A DNA stretch of 64,000 nucleotides, taken from the NCBI GenBank assembly GCA_963666975.2, contig CAXVYR010000004.1:1344001-1408000 (forward strand), in the 5' to 3' direction. The stretch's first letter is position 1; each line of letters opens with the position of its first letter. Below, piece by piece: positions 45,494 to 55,247 of the stretch. Source of the stretch: Terriglobia bacterium. Lineage in GTDB: Bacteria; Acidobacteriota; Terriglobia; 2-12-FULL-54-10. Position numbers and translations under genes: made by a program. Under the pieces are notes generated by a model. That model saw only the letters and a program-made list of their open reading frames with translations, did not search any database and had not been told where the DNA came from.

Positions 45494-46537
45494 ATGATCA
45501 CAATTACGAAGGGCAACATCATCGAGGGCGATGCCGAAGCTTTGGTCAACACGGTTAATTGTGTGGGTTACATGGGAAAGGGGATTGCCTTGCAGTTCAA
45601 AAAGGCCTTTCCTGAGAATTTCAAAGCTTACGAGAAAGCCTGCCGAGGGAAAGAAGTCCAGCCGGGGAAAATGTTTGTTTTCGATACGAGTTCTTTGGTA
45701 AATCCGAGATATCTCATTAATTTCCCCACAAAACGCCATTGGCGAGGGAAATCGCGGGCAGAGGAAATAGAAGCCGGACTCAGAGCTCTGATTCAGGAAA
45801 TCCGAAAGCGAAACATCCGGTCAATTGCTGTGCCGCCTTTGGGATGTGGGCTTGGTGGATTGGAGTGGAATATTGTTCGTCCGATGATTGAAAGGGCTTT
45901 TTCGGAATTGCCGGATATCCAGGTTTTGCTCTACGAGCCTGTTGGGGCTCCTGAACCCAAGAGGATGCCCGTGCGCACACAACAGCCGAAGATGACGGTT
46001 GCCCGAGCTCTGCTAGTGAAGCTCATGCAACGATACTCCGAATTGGACTATCGGCTAACGCTTCTTGAGATTCAAAAACTTGCTTATTTCCTCCAGGAAG
46101 CTGGAGAGCCTTTACGGCTGAAATTCGAGGCCGGCCATTACGGGCCATATGCACATAATCTCAACAAGGTGTTGGAAACCCTGGAGGGCCATTTCATCCG
46201 GGGCTATGGCGACAGTCAGGCGCCGGATGTCGAAATTGAATTACTTCCTGGAGCTGTGGAAGCGGCAGATTCATACCTTGAGAACCATCGGGATTCTCGG
46301 AAACGCTTGGAAAAAGTTGCTAACCTGATCGAAGGGTTTGAAACACCATACGGAATGGAACTTCTGGCTACTGTACATTGGGTTTCTTTTCATTTGGAAT
46401 TTCCTCCCAAGAATGTTGAGGATGCAGTCCAGGCAGTTCAACGGTGGAGTGAACGCAAGCAGCGTATGTTTCGTCCCGGCCACATCCGGGTTGCCTGGGA
46501 GCGGCTCGTTGATACGAATGAGAAATTAGCCGTCTAA
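45494..46537 (+). CDS. darG: DarG macrodomain antitoxin
   Basis: ALVNTVNCVGYMGKGIALQFK, INFPTKRHW, PPLGCGLGGL, EIQKLAYFLQ, YGPY, FETPYGMELLATV. Confidence 0.92.
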   Translation: MITITKGNIIEGDAEALVNTVNCVGYMGKGIALQFKKAFPENFKAYEKACRGKEVQPGKMFVFDTSSLVNPRYLINFPTKRHWRGKSRAEEIEAGLRALIQEIRKRNIRSIAVPPLGCGLGGLEWNIVRPMIERAFSELPDIQVLLYEPVGAPEPKRMPVRTQQPKMTVARALLVKLMQRYSELDYRLTLLEIQKLAYFLQEAGEPLRLKFEAGHYGPYAHNLNKVLETLEGHFIRGYGDSQAPDVEIELLPGAVEAADSYLENHRDSRKRLEKVANLIEGFETPYGMELLATVHWVSFHLEFPPKNVEDAVQAVQRWSERKQRMFRPGHIRVAWERLVDTNEKLAV

Positions 46538-46559
46538 TCAACCGCGTGTCCCTGCTCTA

Positions 46560-47126
46560 TCATTTCGGTGAAAGCTGCTGGCGGAAGACCTCCAGCGCCG
46601 CCGGAACCGAGTCTGCCTGAAAGACCACTCCCTGGGATTTTGGGTCGGCGGTCTCGATCTGCTCCACCACCGGCCGCCAGAATTCTCCCAGGACAACCAG
46701 CGGCCTGCGGGGCAAAATGCGTTTGTGCATCATCTCCCAGGCAACCGCCAACTCCACCAGCGTTCCTGTCCCTCCTGGGCAGGCCACGTAGCCGTCGCCG
46801 ATCGCGATCAACCTCCGCAGCCGCTGCTCCCAGTTTTCAACCACAATTTCCTGCTGAACCCACCGGTTGGGTTTGCTGGAGAAGGAACTGGCCAGTACTC
46901 CGACCACGTGCCCTCCCGCTTCCGCCGCGCCGCGCGAGACGGCCTCCATCACGCCGCCATATCCGCCGCTGGCCACGGCGAACCCGGCTTGAGCCAGCGC
47001 TTCGCCCAATTGGCGGGCCAGCCGGTAGGGCTCACTCGATTCGGTGGAGCGAGAGCTTCCAAAGACGGTGATGATGGGGGAATCAGCGGAGGAGGAAAAA
47101 GCCGGCGAAGAAGGATGTGGAGACAC
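46560..47126 (-). CDS. LOG-family protein (nucleotide phosphoribohydrolase-like)
   Basis: ITVFGSSR, SGGYGGVMEAVSRGA, PGGTGTLVEL; GTG start inferred. Confidence 0.85.
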   Translation of the reverse strand: MSPHPSSPAFSSSADSPIITVFGSSRSTESSEPYRLARQLGEALAQAGFAVASGGYGGVMEAVSRGAAEAGGHVVGVLASSFSSKPNRWVQQEIVVENWEQRLRRLIAIGDGYVACPGGTGTLVELAVAWEMMHKRILPRRPLVVLGEFWRPVVEQIETADPKSQGVVFQADSVPAALEVFRQQLSPK

Positions 47127-47142
47127 GTTGAGGGAGGAGACG

Positions 47143-47667
47143 CTACCGCATTCGCGGAGACCACTTCTGATCCACGATGCGTTTAATCTGCCGGTTGGAG
47201 ACCCCCGTGTTGTGCTGTCGTTGCGCCTCCAGCGCAATCTGGCGGCAGAGCAGTCAGGTGGCGCCGTGGTTGTCCGTGAAGCAGTCCAGATTATTGCGGT
47301 GCCCGGAAGTGCCATAGCAGCCGCAATAGCAAGGCATGTGTTCCAGGACCTCCGGGATGTCCTTGGCTACTTGATAGGACCGCGACACCTCGGGATCGGA
47401 GAAGCCCTTCGGGCTCAGGCTAACGGGGCGCGGGGTTTTCGGCCCAGCGGGCAACACCAAGCGATTCCTCAGCGTGGAATCGGTTGCGGAAGAGGCGGTC
47501 TGAGCCGGTTCGCTGGACGTTTGCCCGGCCCCGGAAGACTCCTGGCTGACGCCAAAATAGGTGAAGACCACTCCTGCCAGCACGATCCCGGCTACAGCTC
47601 CATACCAAACCTTGGCGTTTTTGCGCCGCGAGCTGGAGGAGGTTTGAGCCTTTTTGTGTTTCGACAT
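47143..47667 (-). CDS. Membrane-anchored PCYCGC-motif selenoprotein (Sec138, UxxC)
   Basis: PCYCGC...GH.NNLDCF.DNHGAT-TGA(47254-47256)-LLCRQIALEA...; the frame continues 36 codons to TAG; SECIS-like hairpin follows the UGA. Confidence 0.85.
47221..47237 (-). promoter_or_regulatory. Putative SECIS hairpin
   Basis: Minus strand TTGCGC-TGGAG-GCGCAA starting 16 nt after the UGA. Confidence 0.7.
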
Positions 47668-47913
47668 CTGTAAGCAAAATCTAACATACTCGTGCCGTGC
47701 TTTCCAGCTATTTTAACAAATATTGCCTGGTCAAGCTGGCCGGCCAGGTTTGGATGAGGCTGCTTTATAGTTCCGCCCCCGGTGTAGCAGGAAATAGTTC
47801 CGTCGGGGAATCAACGGAAATAAGAAATTGCTGCTAACAGCCACAGCCTTTTCATTTACAATATAAGGTCCCATTTATTTCGCCGCATCTTTGTCGGCTC
47901 CTAGATCCTGACG

Positions 47914-50445
47914 ATGGCCTCGATCAACAAACATATTGAAAAAGCCGAACGCCTCCTCCAGAAGGGAAAAGTGGACGCGGCCCTTGCGGAGTTCCTGATC
48001 GCCTGGAAAGAGGAGCCGGACAACGACACCCTCGTCCAGACGGTGGCCGAACTCTACCATCAACAGAAGAAACTGAAGGAATGCCGGCAGTGCTACGGGT
48101 ATCTGTTCGACAAGTACGCGGAAAGGCAGGAGGGAGCAAGGGCGGTCGATATCTTCCAGAAGATGAAGAAGCTGGGGCCGGTCGAGCCCAAGCGCTCGCT
48201 GGCTTGCGCCCAGTTTCTGGAAAAAAAGAACCCCAAAGAAGCGACCGGGCTGTACCGCCAAGTCCTGGACACGGCGGGCGGACAGAGTCCAGAGATTGCC
48301 ATAAAATGCCTGCAAGGATTGTCGAAACTGCAACCGGACTCTTTAGAGGTCCAGCAGCAGACTGCCGCTTTGGCCTCGCAGACGGGCGACACGGCCCTGG
48401 CATCCTCCGCCTACCAGAAGGTAGCGGAGATGCTGAGCCAGCAAGGAAAGGATGCCGAGGCAGTAGAGGCTCTGGAGAAGGTCTACCGGCTGTCGGGGAA
48501 CAATCCGGCTGCGCAGGTTTCCCTCGCCCAGGCCTACGCGAAGACGGGAAAGTTTGAGTCCATACTGGAGCTTTTGGGAAATGCAGAGGAAAAATCCGAT
48601 GACCCCGAATTGCTAAGAGTGCTGGCAGATGCCTGCCGCGCCGGGAAACAATTGGAGCGAGCGGAGGCCATTTACTGGAAACTGCTGAAAAAATCCCCCG
48701 CAACGATTGATCCTTTGCTTGAGATCGCGCTGGGGTACATCCACCAGGACAACATTCCCCCGGCGCTCCGATTGCTGAATAGCCTCAAGAAAGAACTCAC
48801 AGCCCGCGGACGGCAAAACGACCTGGTCGCCTTCGCCGATAAGTTGGGCCGTATTTCACACACCAATATTTCTTTCCTGGAGTTCTTATGCGGTTTGCTG
48901 GAAGAACTCCACTACGACAGCCCGCTGTCCAATGCATTGAACGGCCTCTTTGATCTCTACTTCGCAGCCGGGCAGTTCCCGAAGGCTATCAACGTGCTGC
49001 ACCGGCTGATCGATTTGGATTCCTACGATCCGCAGTGCGCCGCTAAACTCGACCGGCTGAAAGGAAAGGCGGATCCGGGAGCCTGGAACGATCTTGCGGC
49101 TCGATTGGGAAAGAGTCCCTCCTCCGCCGGGAGTTCTGCCACAGGCTCGGCGTCCGCTACAGGAGTTGCCACCGGCCAAACCGGAGGCGAGGACGGAGGG
49201 AATGTGCTGGACGACTTGATCCTCCAGGCGGAAATCTACGTGCAATATAAACTGGACGCCAAGGCCCGGGAGCGTCTGGAGCGCATTGCCAAGCTGTTTC
49301 CGCGCGAGGAAGAAAAAAACGAGCGGCTGCGGAGACTGTTCACGCAGGCCCGCTTCGCCCCCAAATATCCGGACCTGCCCGCGAAAGCGGCTCCAGCGGA
49401 GCCGGCGCGCCCTGGGGTTGATTTGAGCCGTGTGTCGGAGGTCAACCGCAATCTTTTCCGGCAAGGTACGGTGAAGAGCGTGCTCTTTGCCGCAGTGAAT
49501 GATGTGGGCCGGCTCTGGCAGGCAGACCGCTGTGTGGTCGGCTTAGGGGCTCCTGGCCGCCCCCCCAGCATGGCGCTGGAATACATCTCGCCATCCATTG
49601 AGCCCTCCGATCCCAGATCGCTGGGGAAGCTGGTGATGGGGCTGCAGCAGATCATCAAAGACCAGAGCGACCCCTTGGCTGCCGAGAACGCAGCGGAGGC
49701 TCCGCAACTCGCCGAGTTGAAGAGCTTGCTCGCCGCCTCGCAGGTGAAATCTCTGGCGGCGATTCCGTTGCGGGACGCCGACCAACTCATCGGCATCATG
49801 ATTCTTGAGCAATGCAGCAAGCCCCGTTCCTGGGGAGCGAACGACTTGGCCGGGTTGGAAGCCATCGCCGGGCAGGTTGTTCTCGCTCTCTCCAACGCGC
49901 GCCTCCGCAGTCTGATGAAAACCCTGGCCGTTACCGATGAGCGTTCCGGCCTGCTCCATCGCGACTCCTACCTGACCTGCTTGTTGTCGGAAGCCGAACG
50001 GATGTCGGCGCAGAAGACGGCGCTGACGGCGGCCCTGCTCCAGTTTTCCGCAGAGGGCCAGTTGTCGCGCCAGCAACGGGAGCAAATTCTGGACCAATTC
50101 ATGAAGGAATGCGCGGGCACGCTGGCCTCTCAGCTCCGGCAAAGCGACATTGCCGTGCAATACAGCAAAGACACCCTGGCGTTGATTATGCCCGGCACCA
50201 ACGGGAAGAACGCTGTCTCGGCGATAGAAAAGCTGAGGAAGACACTGTCAACCATTCATTTGCCCAACGCCAATGGTCCCCCGCAGATGCTTGCCGGCAT
50301 TGGACAAGCCGTGGATGCGGCGGAGATGGACGGCGCCGATATTGTGACCGAGTTGATTAACCGGCTGGAATGCGCCTTGGAAGATGCGAAACAGTCGGGC
50401 GACAATGGCAGCAAACTTCTGGAGCCGCCAGGGATTTCAAGCTAA
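47914..50445 (+). CDS. TPR-GAF-degenerate GGDEF signalling protein
   Basis: N-terminal TPR helices; GAF (SLAAIPL...IGIMILEQC..PRSW); TDERSGLL..., RQSD, SKDTL in place of GGDEF. Confidence 0.8.
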   Translation: MASINKHIEKAERLLQKGKVDAALAEFLIAWKEEPDNDTLVQTVAELYHQQKKLKECRQCYGYLFDKYAERQEGARAVDIFQKMKKLGPVEPKRSLACAQFLEKKNPKEATGLYRQVLDTAGGQSPEIAIKCLQGLSKLQPDSLEVQQQTAALASQTGDTALASSAYQKVAEMLSQQGKDAEAVEALEKVYRLSGNNPAAQVSLAQAYAKTGKFESILELLGNAEEKSDDPELLRVLADACRAGKQLERAEAIYWKLLKKSPATIDPLLEIALGYIHQDNIPPALRLLNSLKKELTARGRQNDLVAFADKLGRISHTNISFLEFLCGLLEELHYDSPLSNALNGLFDLYFAAGQFPKAINVLHRLIDLDSYDPQCAAKLDRLKGKADPGAWNDLAARLGKSPSSAGSSATGSASATGVATGQTGGEDGGNVLDDLILQAEIYVQYKLDAKARERLERIAKLFPREEEKNERLRRLFTQARFAPKYPDLPAKAAPAEPARPGVDLSRVSEVNRNLFRQGTVKSVLFAAVNDVGRLWQADRCVVGLGAPGRPPSMALEYISPSIEPSDPRSLGKLVMGLQQIIKDQSDPLAAENAAEAPQLAELKSLLAASQVKSLAAIPLRDADQLIGIMILEQCSKPRSWGANDLAGLEAIAGQVVLALSNARLRSLMKTLAVTDERSGLLHRDSYLTCLLSEAERMSAQKTALTAALLQFSAEGQLSRQQREQILDQFMKECAGTLASQLRQSDIAVQYSKDTLALIMPGTNGKNAVSAIEKLRKTLSTIHLPNANGPPQMLAGIGQAVDAAEMDGADIVTELINRLECALEDAKQSGDNGSKLLEPPGISS

Positions 50446-50491
50446 ACAGACGGGGAAAATACGGGCGGGAGAATAAAGAGGCTAATTTGGA

Positions 50492-51385
50492 ATGGAAATC
50501 CGTCAAGTAGGTGTCGTGGGATGCGGGTTAATGGGCTCGGGAATTGCCCAGGTGGTTGCTACAGCAGGTTTTGAGACCATCGTGGTGGAAGCGAATCAGC
50601 AACTGTGCGACCGCGGAATCAGCAATATCGAAAAGGGGCTGGAGCGTCTGGTCCGCAAAGCCTCTCTTTCGGAGGAGCAAAAGACAGCGATTCGGGGGCG
50701 TCTGCGGGCCACAACCGATCCATCCCAGCTTTCAAAATGCGACTTGGTCATTGAGGCCATCATAGAAAACCTGGAGGAGAAAACCAAGTTGTGGCGGTCG
50801 CTCGACGGGATTCTCAAGCCGGAGGCGATTCTGGCCAGCAACACCTCCTCGCTTTCCGTCACGGAAATGATGATCGCCACCAGCCGCCCAGAGCGCTTCG
50901 TGGGCATGCACTTCTTTAATCCCGTCCCGGTGCTGGAGTTGGTGGAGGTGGTGAAGACCGTCGCCACCGACCCGCAGGTTTATGAAACGGCGATCGCTTT
51001 CACCCAGAAGCTGGGTAAAACGCCGGTGCGCACCTCGGACCGTGCCGGCTTTATTGTGAACCGGCTCTTGGTTCCTTACCTGCTGGATGCCATCCGGGCC
51101 CTGGAAGAAGGCGCAGGCTCCATCACCGACATCGACAAGTCGATGAAGCTCGGTTGCGCCCATCCGATGGGTCCGTTCGTGTTGCTGGACTTCGTGGGCC
51201 TGGATACAACCTATTACATCGCCAACATCCTCTTTGACGAGTTTCGCGAGCCGCGCTTTGCGCCTCCCGGCCTGCTGAAGCGGCTGGTGAAGGCGGGCTG
51301 GCACGGGCGCAAGACGGGGAAAGGCTTCTACGACTATTCCGACCCAAAGGCCCCGAAGCCCTTGGACCAGTTTCAGCCCCTGTAG
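50492..51385 (+). CDS. hbd: 3-hydroxybutyryl-CoA dehydrogenase
   Basis: VVGCGLMGSGIA, ASNTSS, GMHFFNP, GFIVNR, HPMGP. Confidence 0.9.
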   Translation: MEIRQVGVVGCGLMGSGIAQVVATAGFETIVVEANQQLCDRGISNIEKGLERLVRKASLSEEQKTAIRGRLRATTDPSQLSKCDLVIEAIIENLEEKTKLWRSLDGILKPEAILASNTSSLSVTEMMIATSRPERFVGMHFFNPVPVLELVEVVKTVATDPQVYETAIAFTQKLGKTPVRTSDRAGFIVNRLLVPYLLDAIRALEEGAGSITDIDKSMKLGCAHPMGPFVLLDFVGLDTTYYIANILFDEFREPRFAPPGLLKRLVKAGWHGRKTGKGFYDYSDPKAPKPLDQFQPL

Positions 51386-51515
51386 CGACGGGCGCTCCGG
51401 CCCGTCCATCGAGAAGTAAATCCTCAAACTCTGCCCCCTGTTTGTTGCCAGGGGCGGAAAATTTCCGGTGAATGGAGTGGCGGCTGTTGACCGGACCAGC
51501 AAAGGTGGACCCAAC

Positions 51516-52298
51516 ATGTCCTATGAAAACCTATTGGTCGAAACGTGCGAACACATCGCCACAGTAACCGTCAACCGGCCCAAGGTGCTGAATGCGCTGA
51601 ACCGGAAAACCGTGGAAGAGTTGGACGCTTGTTTCCGCTCTCTCCAGCAGGACGAAGACGTGAGGGCGGTGATTGTCACCGGCGCCGGTGAGAAGGCTTT
51701 CATCGCCGGAGCCGACATCAAAGAACTGGCAACCTATAGCCCCCAGGAAGCGAAGGAGTGTTCCATCCAGGGACAAGCCGTTCTGAACCGCATCGAGAAC
51801 CTGGGCAAGCCGTCCATCGCCGCCATCAACGGATACGCCCTCGGCGGCGGTTGCGAGCTGGCGCTGGCCTGCACGCTGCGCATCGCCAGCCAGGCGGCGC
51901 GGCTCGGGCAGCCGGAAGTCAAGTTGGGCATCACGCCCGGCTACGGAGGATCGCAACGGCTGCCGCGATTGATCGGCAAAGGGATGGCGCTGCAAATGAT
52001 CCTGAGTGGCGACCCCCTCTCGGCAGAGGAGTCCTTGCGATGGGGGCTGGTGAATCAGGTGGTGCCGCCGGAGGAGTTGCTGCCCGCCGCGGAAGGGATC
52101 GCCAGGAAAATCATTGCCAACTCGCCGCTGGCCGTCCAATATTGCATGGAGGCGGTCGAACAGGGGCTCAATATGTCCATCGATCAAGGGCTCTTTCTGG
52201 AAAGCACGCTGTTTGGAATCAGCTTTGCGACCGAGGACATGCGGGAGGGCACCCGCGCTTTCCTGGAAAAGCGCGCTCCCCGCTTCGCCGGGCGGTGA
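51516..52298 (+). CDS. crt: Enoyl-CoA hydratase (crotonase)
   Basis: NRPKVLNALN, AFIAGADI, ALGGGCEL, GQPEVKLG..PGYGGSQRL. Confidence 0.88.
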   Translation: MSYENLLVETCEHIATVTVNRPKVLNALNRKTVEELDACFRSLQQDEDVRAVIVTGAGEKAFIAGADIKELATYSPQEAKECSIQGQAVLNRIENLGKPSIAAINGYALGGGCELALACTLRIASQAARLGQPEVKLGITPGYGGSQRLPRLIGKGMALQMILSGDPLSAEESLRWGLVNQVVPPEELLPAAEGIARKIIANSPLAVQYCMEAVEQGLNMSIDQGLFLESTLFGISFATEDMREGTRAFLEKRAPRFAGR

Positions 52299-52330
52299 AA
52301 TCCATTTCAGCACAGGCAGGGTGATGGGTG

Positions 52331-52864
52331 ATGGGAAACGCTAAGGGTGAAAACAAAAAATACCGGGAGATTCAGGGCGAGCTGACCGCCGCCGGCTTGC
52401 GCTTTGCGCTGGTGGTCAGCCGCTTCAACGCCTTCATCACCGAGCGGCTGCTCGACGGGGCGTTGGACGCCTTGCACCGCGCCGGTGCGGCCGCCGGCGC
52501 CATCGACGTCGTCCGTGTGCCGGGAGCCTTTGAAATTCCCGTCACGGCCCGGCACCTGGCCGAGTCGGGCCGCTACAACGCCATCGTTTGCCTGGGCGCT
52601 GTCATACGCGGCGACACACCGCACTTTGAACACATCGCGACGGAAGCCTCCAAGGGAATCGCCGCCTCGGCGCTGACCTCGGGCATTCCCATGTCGTTCG
52701 GCGTTCTGACGGTCGAGAACCTGGAGCAGGCCGTGGACCGCGCCGGATTGAAGTCCGGCAACAAGGGGTTTGAAGCCGCCATGACGGCGGTGGAGATGGC
52801 CAACCTGCTGAAAAAAGTGAAAGGCTCTCCTTCCCGGCGAGCGGGCAAACGTTCCCGGAAGTAG
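52331..52864 (+). CDS. ribH: 6,7-dimethyl-8-ribityllumazine synthase
   Basis: [32 protein letters not shown]. Confidence 0.96.
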   Translation: MGNAKGENKKYREIQGELTAAGLRFALVVSRFNAFITERLLDGALDALHRAGAAAGAIDVVRVPGAFEIPVTARHLAESGRYNAIVCLGAVIRGDTPHFEHIATEASKGIAASALTSGIPMSFGVLTVENLEQAVDRAGLKSGNKGFEAAMTAVEMANLLKKVKGSPSRRAGKRSRK

Positions 52865-52909
52865 GGCTGTCGCCGACAGTTTTCTCCTCTGAGCGCCCGT
52901 GAGTCTCCT

Positions 52910-53485
52910 ATGGGTTCCCGAAGAAAAGCGCGCGAGTTCGCTCTGCAGATGCTCTACCAGTGGGACCTGGGAAAGGATTCCCCGGAAACAGTCGAGCAGT
53001 TGTTCTGGTTGAGCGCTGGGAAGCTCTCGGAGAAAGCTCCAGAGAAAAGTCCGAAAAAGACGGCTAGGAAGACCTCCAGCAAGAAGGCCTCCAAGATCAA
53101 CTTAAAGAAGACGCAGAAGAAAGCCTCCCCTCCGAACGAAGACGACCCGCAGCGCTCCTTTGCCGGTCAATTGTTCACCGGCACCGTGGATGACGTGGAG
53201 CAGATCGACCGCCTGATCCGCGATCATGCCGAGCACTGGCGACTGGAGCGCATGGCCGCAGTCGACCGGAATATTCTTCGGCTGGGATCACAGCGGCTGG
53301 GAATCTACGAGATCAGTCATCACAGCGAAACCCCGCCCGTGGTTGTCATCAACGAAGCCTTGGAGCTGGCCCGGAAATTCAGCGAAGAGGTCTCCGTACA
53401 GTTCATTAATGGGTTGCTGGACCATATCCGCAAGGAGATTGCCAGCGGCCAGCCTGCCGAAACAGCGCCCAATAAAACAGGTTGA
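52910..53485 (+). CDS. nusB: Transcription antitermination factor NusB with a Lys-rich insertion
   Basis: RRKAREFALQMLYQ, WRLERMAAVDRNILR, VINEALELARKF, FINGLLD. Confidence 0.93.
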   Translation: MGSRRKAREFALQMLYQWDLGKDSPETVEQLFWLSAGKLSEKAPEKSPKKTARKTSSKKASKINLKKTQKKASPPNEDDPQRSFAGQLFTGTVDDVEQIDRLIRDHAEHWRLERMAAVDRNILRLGSQRLGIYEISHHSETPPVVVINEALELARKFSEEVSVQFINGLLDHIRKEIASGQPAETAPNKTG

Positions 53486-53587
53486 AACAGATACGATTCC
53501 CGTAGAAAAAAGCATTTAGTGAGGTAAAATTTATATATACAGGCAGACCTGATAGAGTTCGGCAGCACGCCGGAAAAAGGAGGTCTC

Positions 53588-54064
53588 ATGTTTCCCATCA
53601 CCCGTCTGAAGGATTACCTGGAACAAGAAAAGGCTCCCTACCACCACCAGACGCACCGCACGGCATACACCTCTCAGGAAGTTGCAGCGGAAGAGCACAT
53701 TCCCGGCAAGATGGTAGCGAAGAGCGTGGTCATTAAAATAGATAACACTTTCGCTTTGGCTGTTCTGCCCGCCCCGTCGCGGGTGGACGTACCGGTGCTG
53801 AAAGTATCCCTCCGGGCCAGAGACCTGCGGCTGGCGACGGAGTTTGAGTTTGCGGGGCTGTTCACGGACTGCGAGGTCGGCGCCATGCCGCCCTTCGGCA
53901 ATCTCTACGGTTTGCCTGTATACGTGGAGCAGTCCCTCACCGAGGACGAGGAGATCATCTTCAACGCAGGAACGCATCAGGACACCATCCGCATGAAGTA
54001 TGCGGATTTTGCCCGCCTGGTTCGCCCCCAAGTCATCGGGTTCGCCAGGGGACACGCCGCCTGA
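53588..54064 (+). CDS. YbaK/ProX aminoacyl-tRNA deacylase family protein
   Basis: AKSVV, DCEVGAMPPFG, FNAGTH. Confidence 0.88.
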   Translation: MFPITRLKDYLEQEKAPYHHQTHRTAYTSQEVAAEEHIPGKMVAKSVVIKIDNTFALAVLPAPSRVDVPVLKVSLRARDLRLATEFEFAGLFTDCEVGAMPPFGNLYGLPVYVEQSLTEDEEIIFNAGTHQDTIRMKYADFARLVRPQVIGFARGHAA

Positions 54065-54120
54065 GAGGGCAGCCGGTTCCTGGGTAACAAACAAAAGCGC
54101 CGCGAGACTGCTCACCGGAC

Positions 54121-54858
54121 TCAAAAAGGATCGTCATGCCTGGGGACGGCCCTGTCCGCAAGAAAAATACCCTTACGGGACAAAAGGGAAGGAATCTCCT
54201 GAATGGACTCCGCGTGCAGGAGCCGCGAGTGCGGCTCGACTTCCTGGTGTTCCAGCTCCCATGTGTTCGGGTGGGGAATGAAGATGGCCCAAAGCCCCGC
54301 TGCGAGAGCCGGCAGAACATCGGAGCGCGGGCTGTTGCCGACCATGCAGGTGGCGTCTTCGTGGAGCGAGTGGCGGAGCATCAATTCCCGGTAGGCTCCG
54401 GCATTTTTTTCTTCGACGACTGCCACAAGGTCAAAGCAGCTCTGCAAGCCGGAGCGGTTCAGTTTGCCTGATTGTTCCTCTGCGTCTCCCTTGGTGAACA
54501 GCATCAGCCGGTGGCAGCGCCGCAAAAGTTGCAGCGTGGGGAGAACGCCGGGCAGCAGGTCGATAGGATGATGCAGCAGCCGGTTCCCGATCCGCCGGAT
54601 GGCATCGAGATAAGCCACGCCGTCTTTCCCTTCATAGATCTGCCGGAAGGTTTCCTCCAGAGCGCCGATAAAATTCATGCTGCCGTAGCCTCGCCGGGGA
54701 ATGCTTTCTCTCTCAATTTCGTCGAGCAAGTTTCGGACCCGCAGGCGGTCCCGGGTGACGGGCTGCAGAAGAATTAGAAATTCCTCCAGGGCTTTCTCAA
54801 AGTAGATATTGTTTTCCCATAAGGTGTCATCCGCGTCGAAGAGCAGCCAGTTTTCCAT
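54121..54858 (-). CDS. HAD-family hydrolase
   Basis: FDADDTLWEN, TKGD, MVGNSPRSDV. Confidence 0.88.
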   Translation of the reverse strand: MENWLLFDADDTLWENNIYFEKALEEFLILLQPVTRDRLRVRNLLDEIERESIPRRGYGSMNFIGALEETFRQIYEGKDGVAYLDAIRRIGNRLLHHPIDLLPGVLPTLQLLRRCHRLMLFTKGDAEEQSGKLNRSGLQSCFDLVAVVEEKNAGAYRELMLRHSLHEDATCMVGNSPRSDVLPALAAGLWAIFIPHPNTWELEHQEVEPHSRLLHAESIQEIPSLLSRKGIFLADRAVPRHDDPF

Positions 54859-54884
54859 TCCGTGCGCCTTCTCTCTGCCGAATG

Positions 54885-54977
54885 GCTAAAACGAATTCAG
54901 AGCATTTGTCGATTCGTGCTAGATTCTATCAGCCTGTATCTTCTGTTCGGAACAAATGCTTTGGCGGAATTTTTAGC
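54885..54977. repeat. Imperfect long inverted repeat
   Basis: GCTAAAA...CAGAGCATTTGT pairs with ACAAATGCTTTG...TTTTAGC. Confidence 0.6.
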
Positions 54978-55022
54978 GGCATCCAGGACAATAGCTAGAC
55001 CGTTTTTACGAATTATGTATCC

Positions 55023-55189
55023 CGTCAGGGCACGGCTTCAGCCGTGCCGAAACGCTCTCCAGCCAAGTGCGCTTTAGCGCCTGAGGTGAGTCTTGAACTC
55101 TGCGTGTTTCAGCGATTTAATCCCGACCTCAGCGGCTGAAGCCGCTGGCGTGATCCGGATGGCGGCACGGTTAAAACCGTGCCCTGACG
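55023..55189. repeat. Composite palindromic REP element (family B)
   Basis: CGTCAGGGCACGGCTTCAGCCGTGCCG ... CGGCACGGTTAAAACCGTGCCCTGACG with an inner CTGAGGT/ACCTCAG stem. Confidence 0.85.
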
Positions 55190-55247
55190 AGAGCGCAATG
55201 ATGGATATACGAGCTGCAAAACAGGTCTAGGGTTACTCCGGGAGAGC

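Noticed and set aside
44777-46559. Gene-terminus duplication flanking DarTG (also checked for hicBA 17468-17916, relBE and the AbrB module)
   Set aside because: No duplicated ends found by eye, so these modules are not counted in the cassette pattern.
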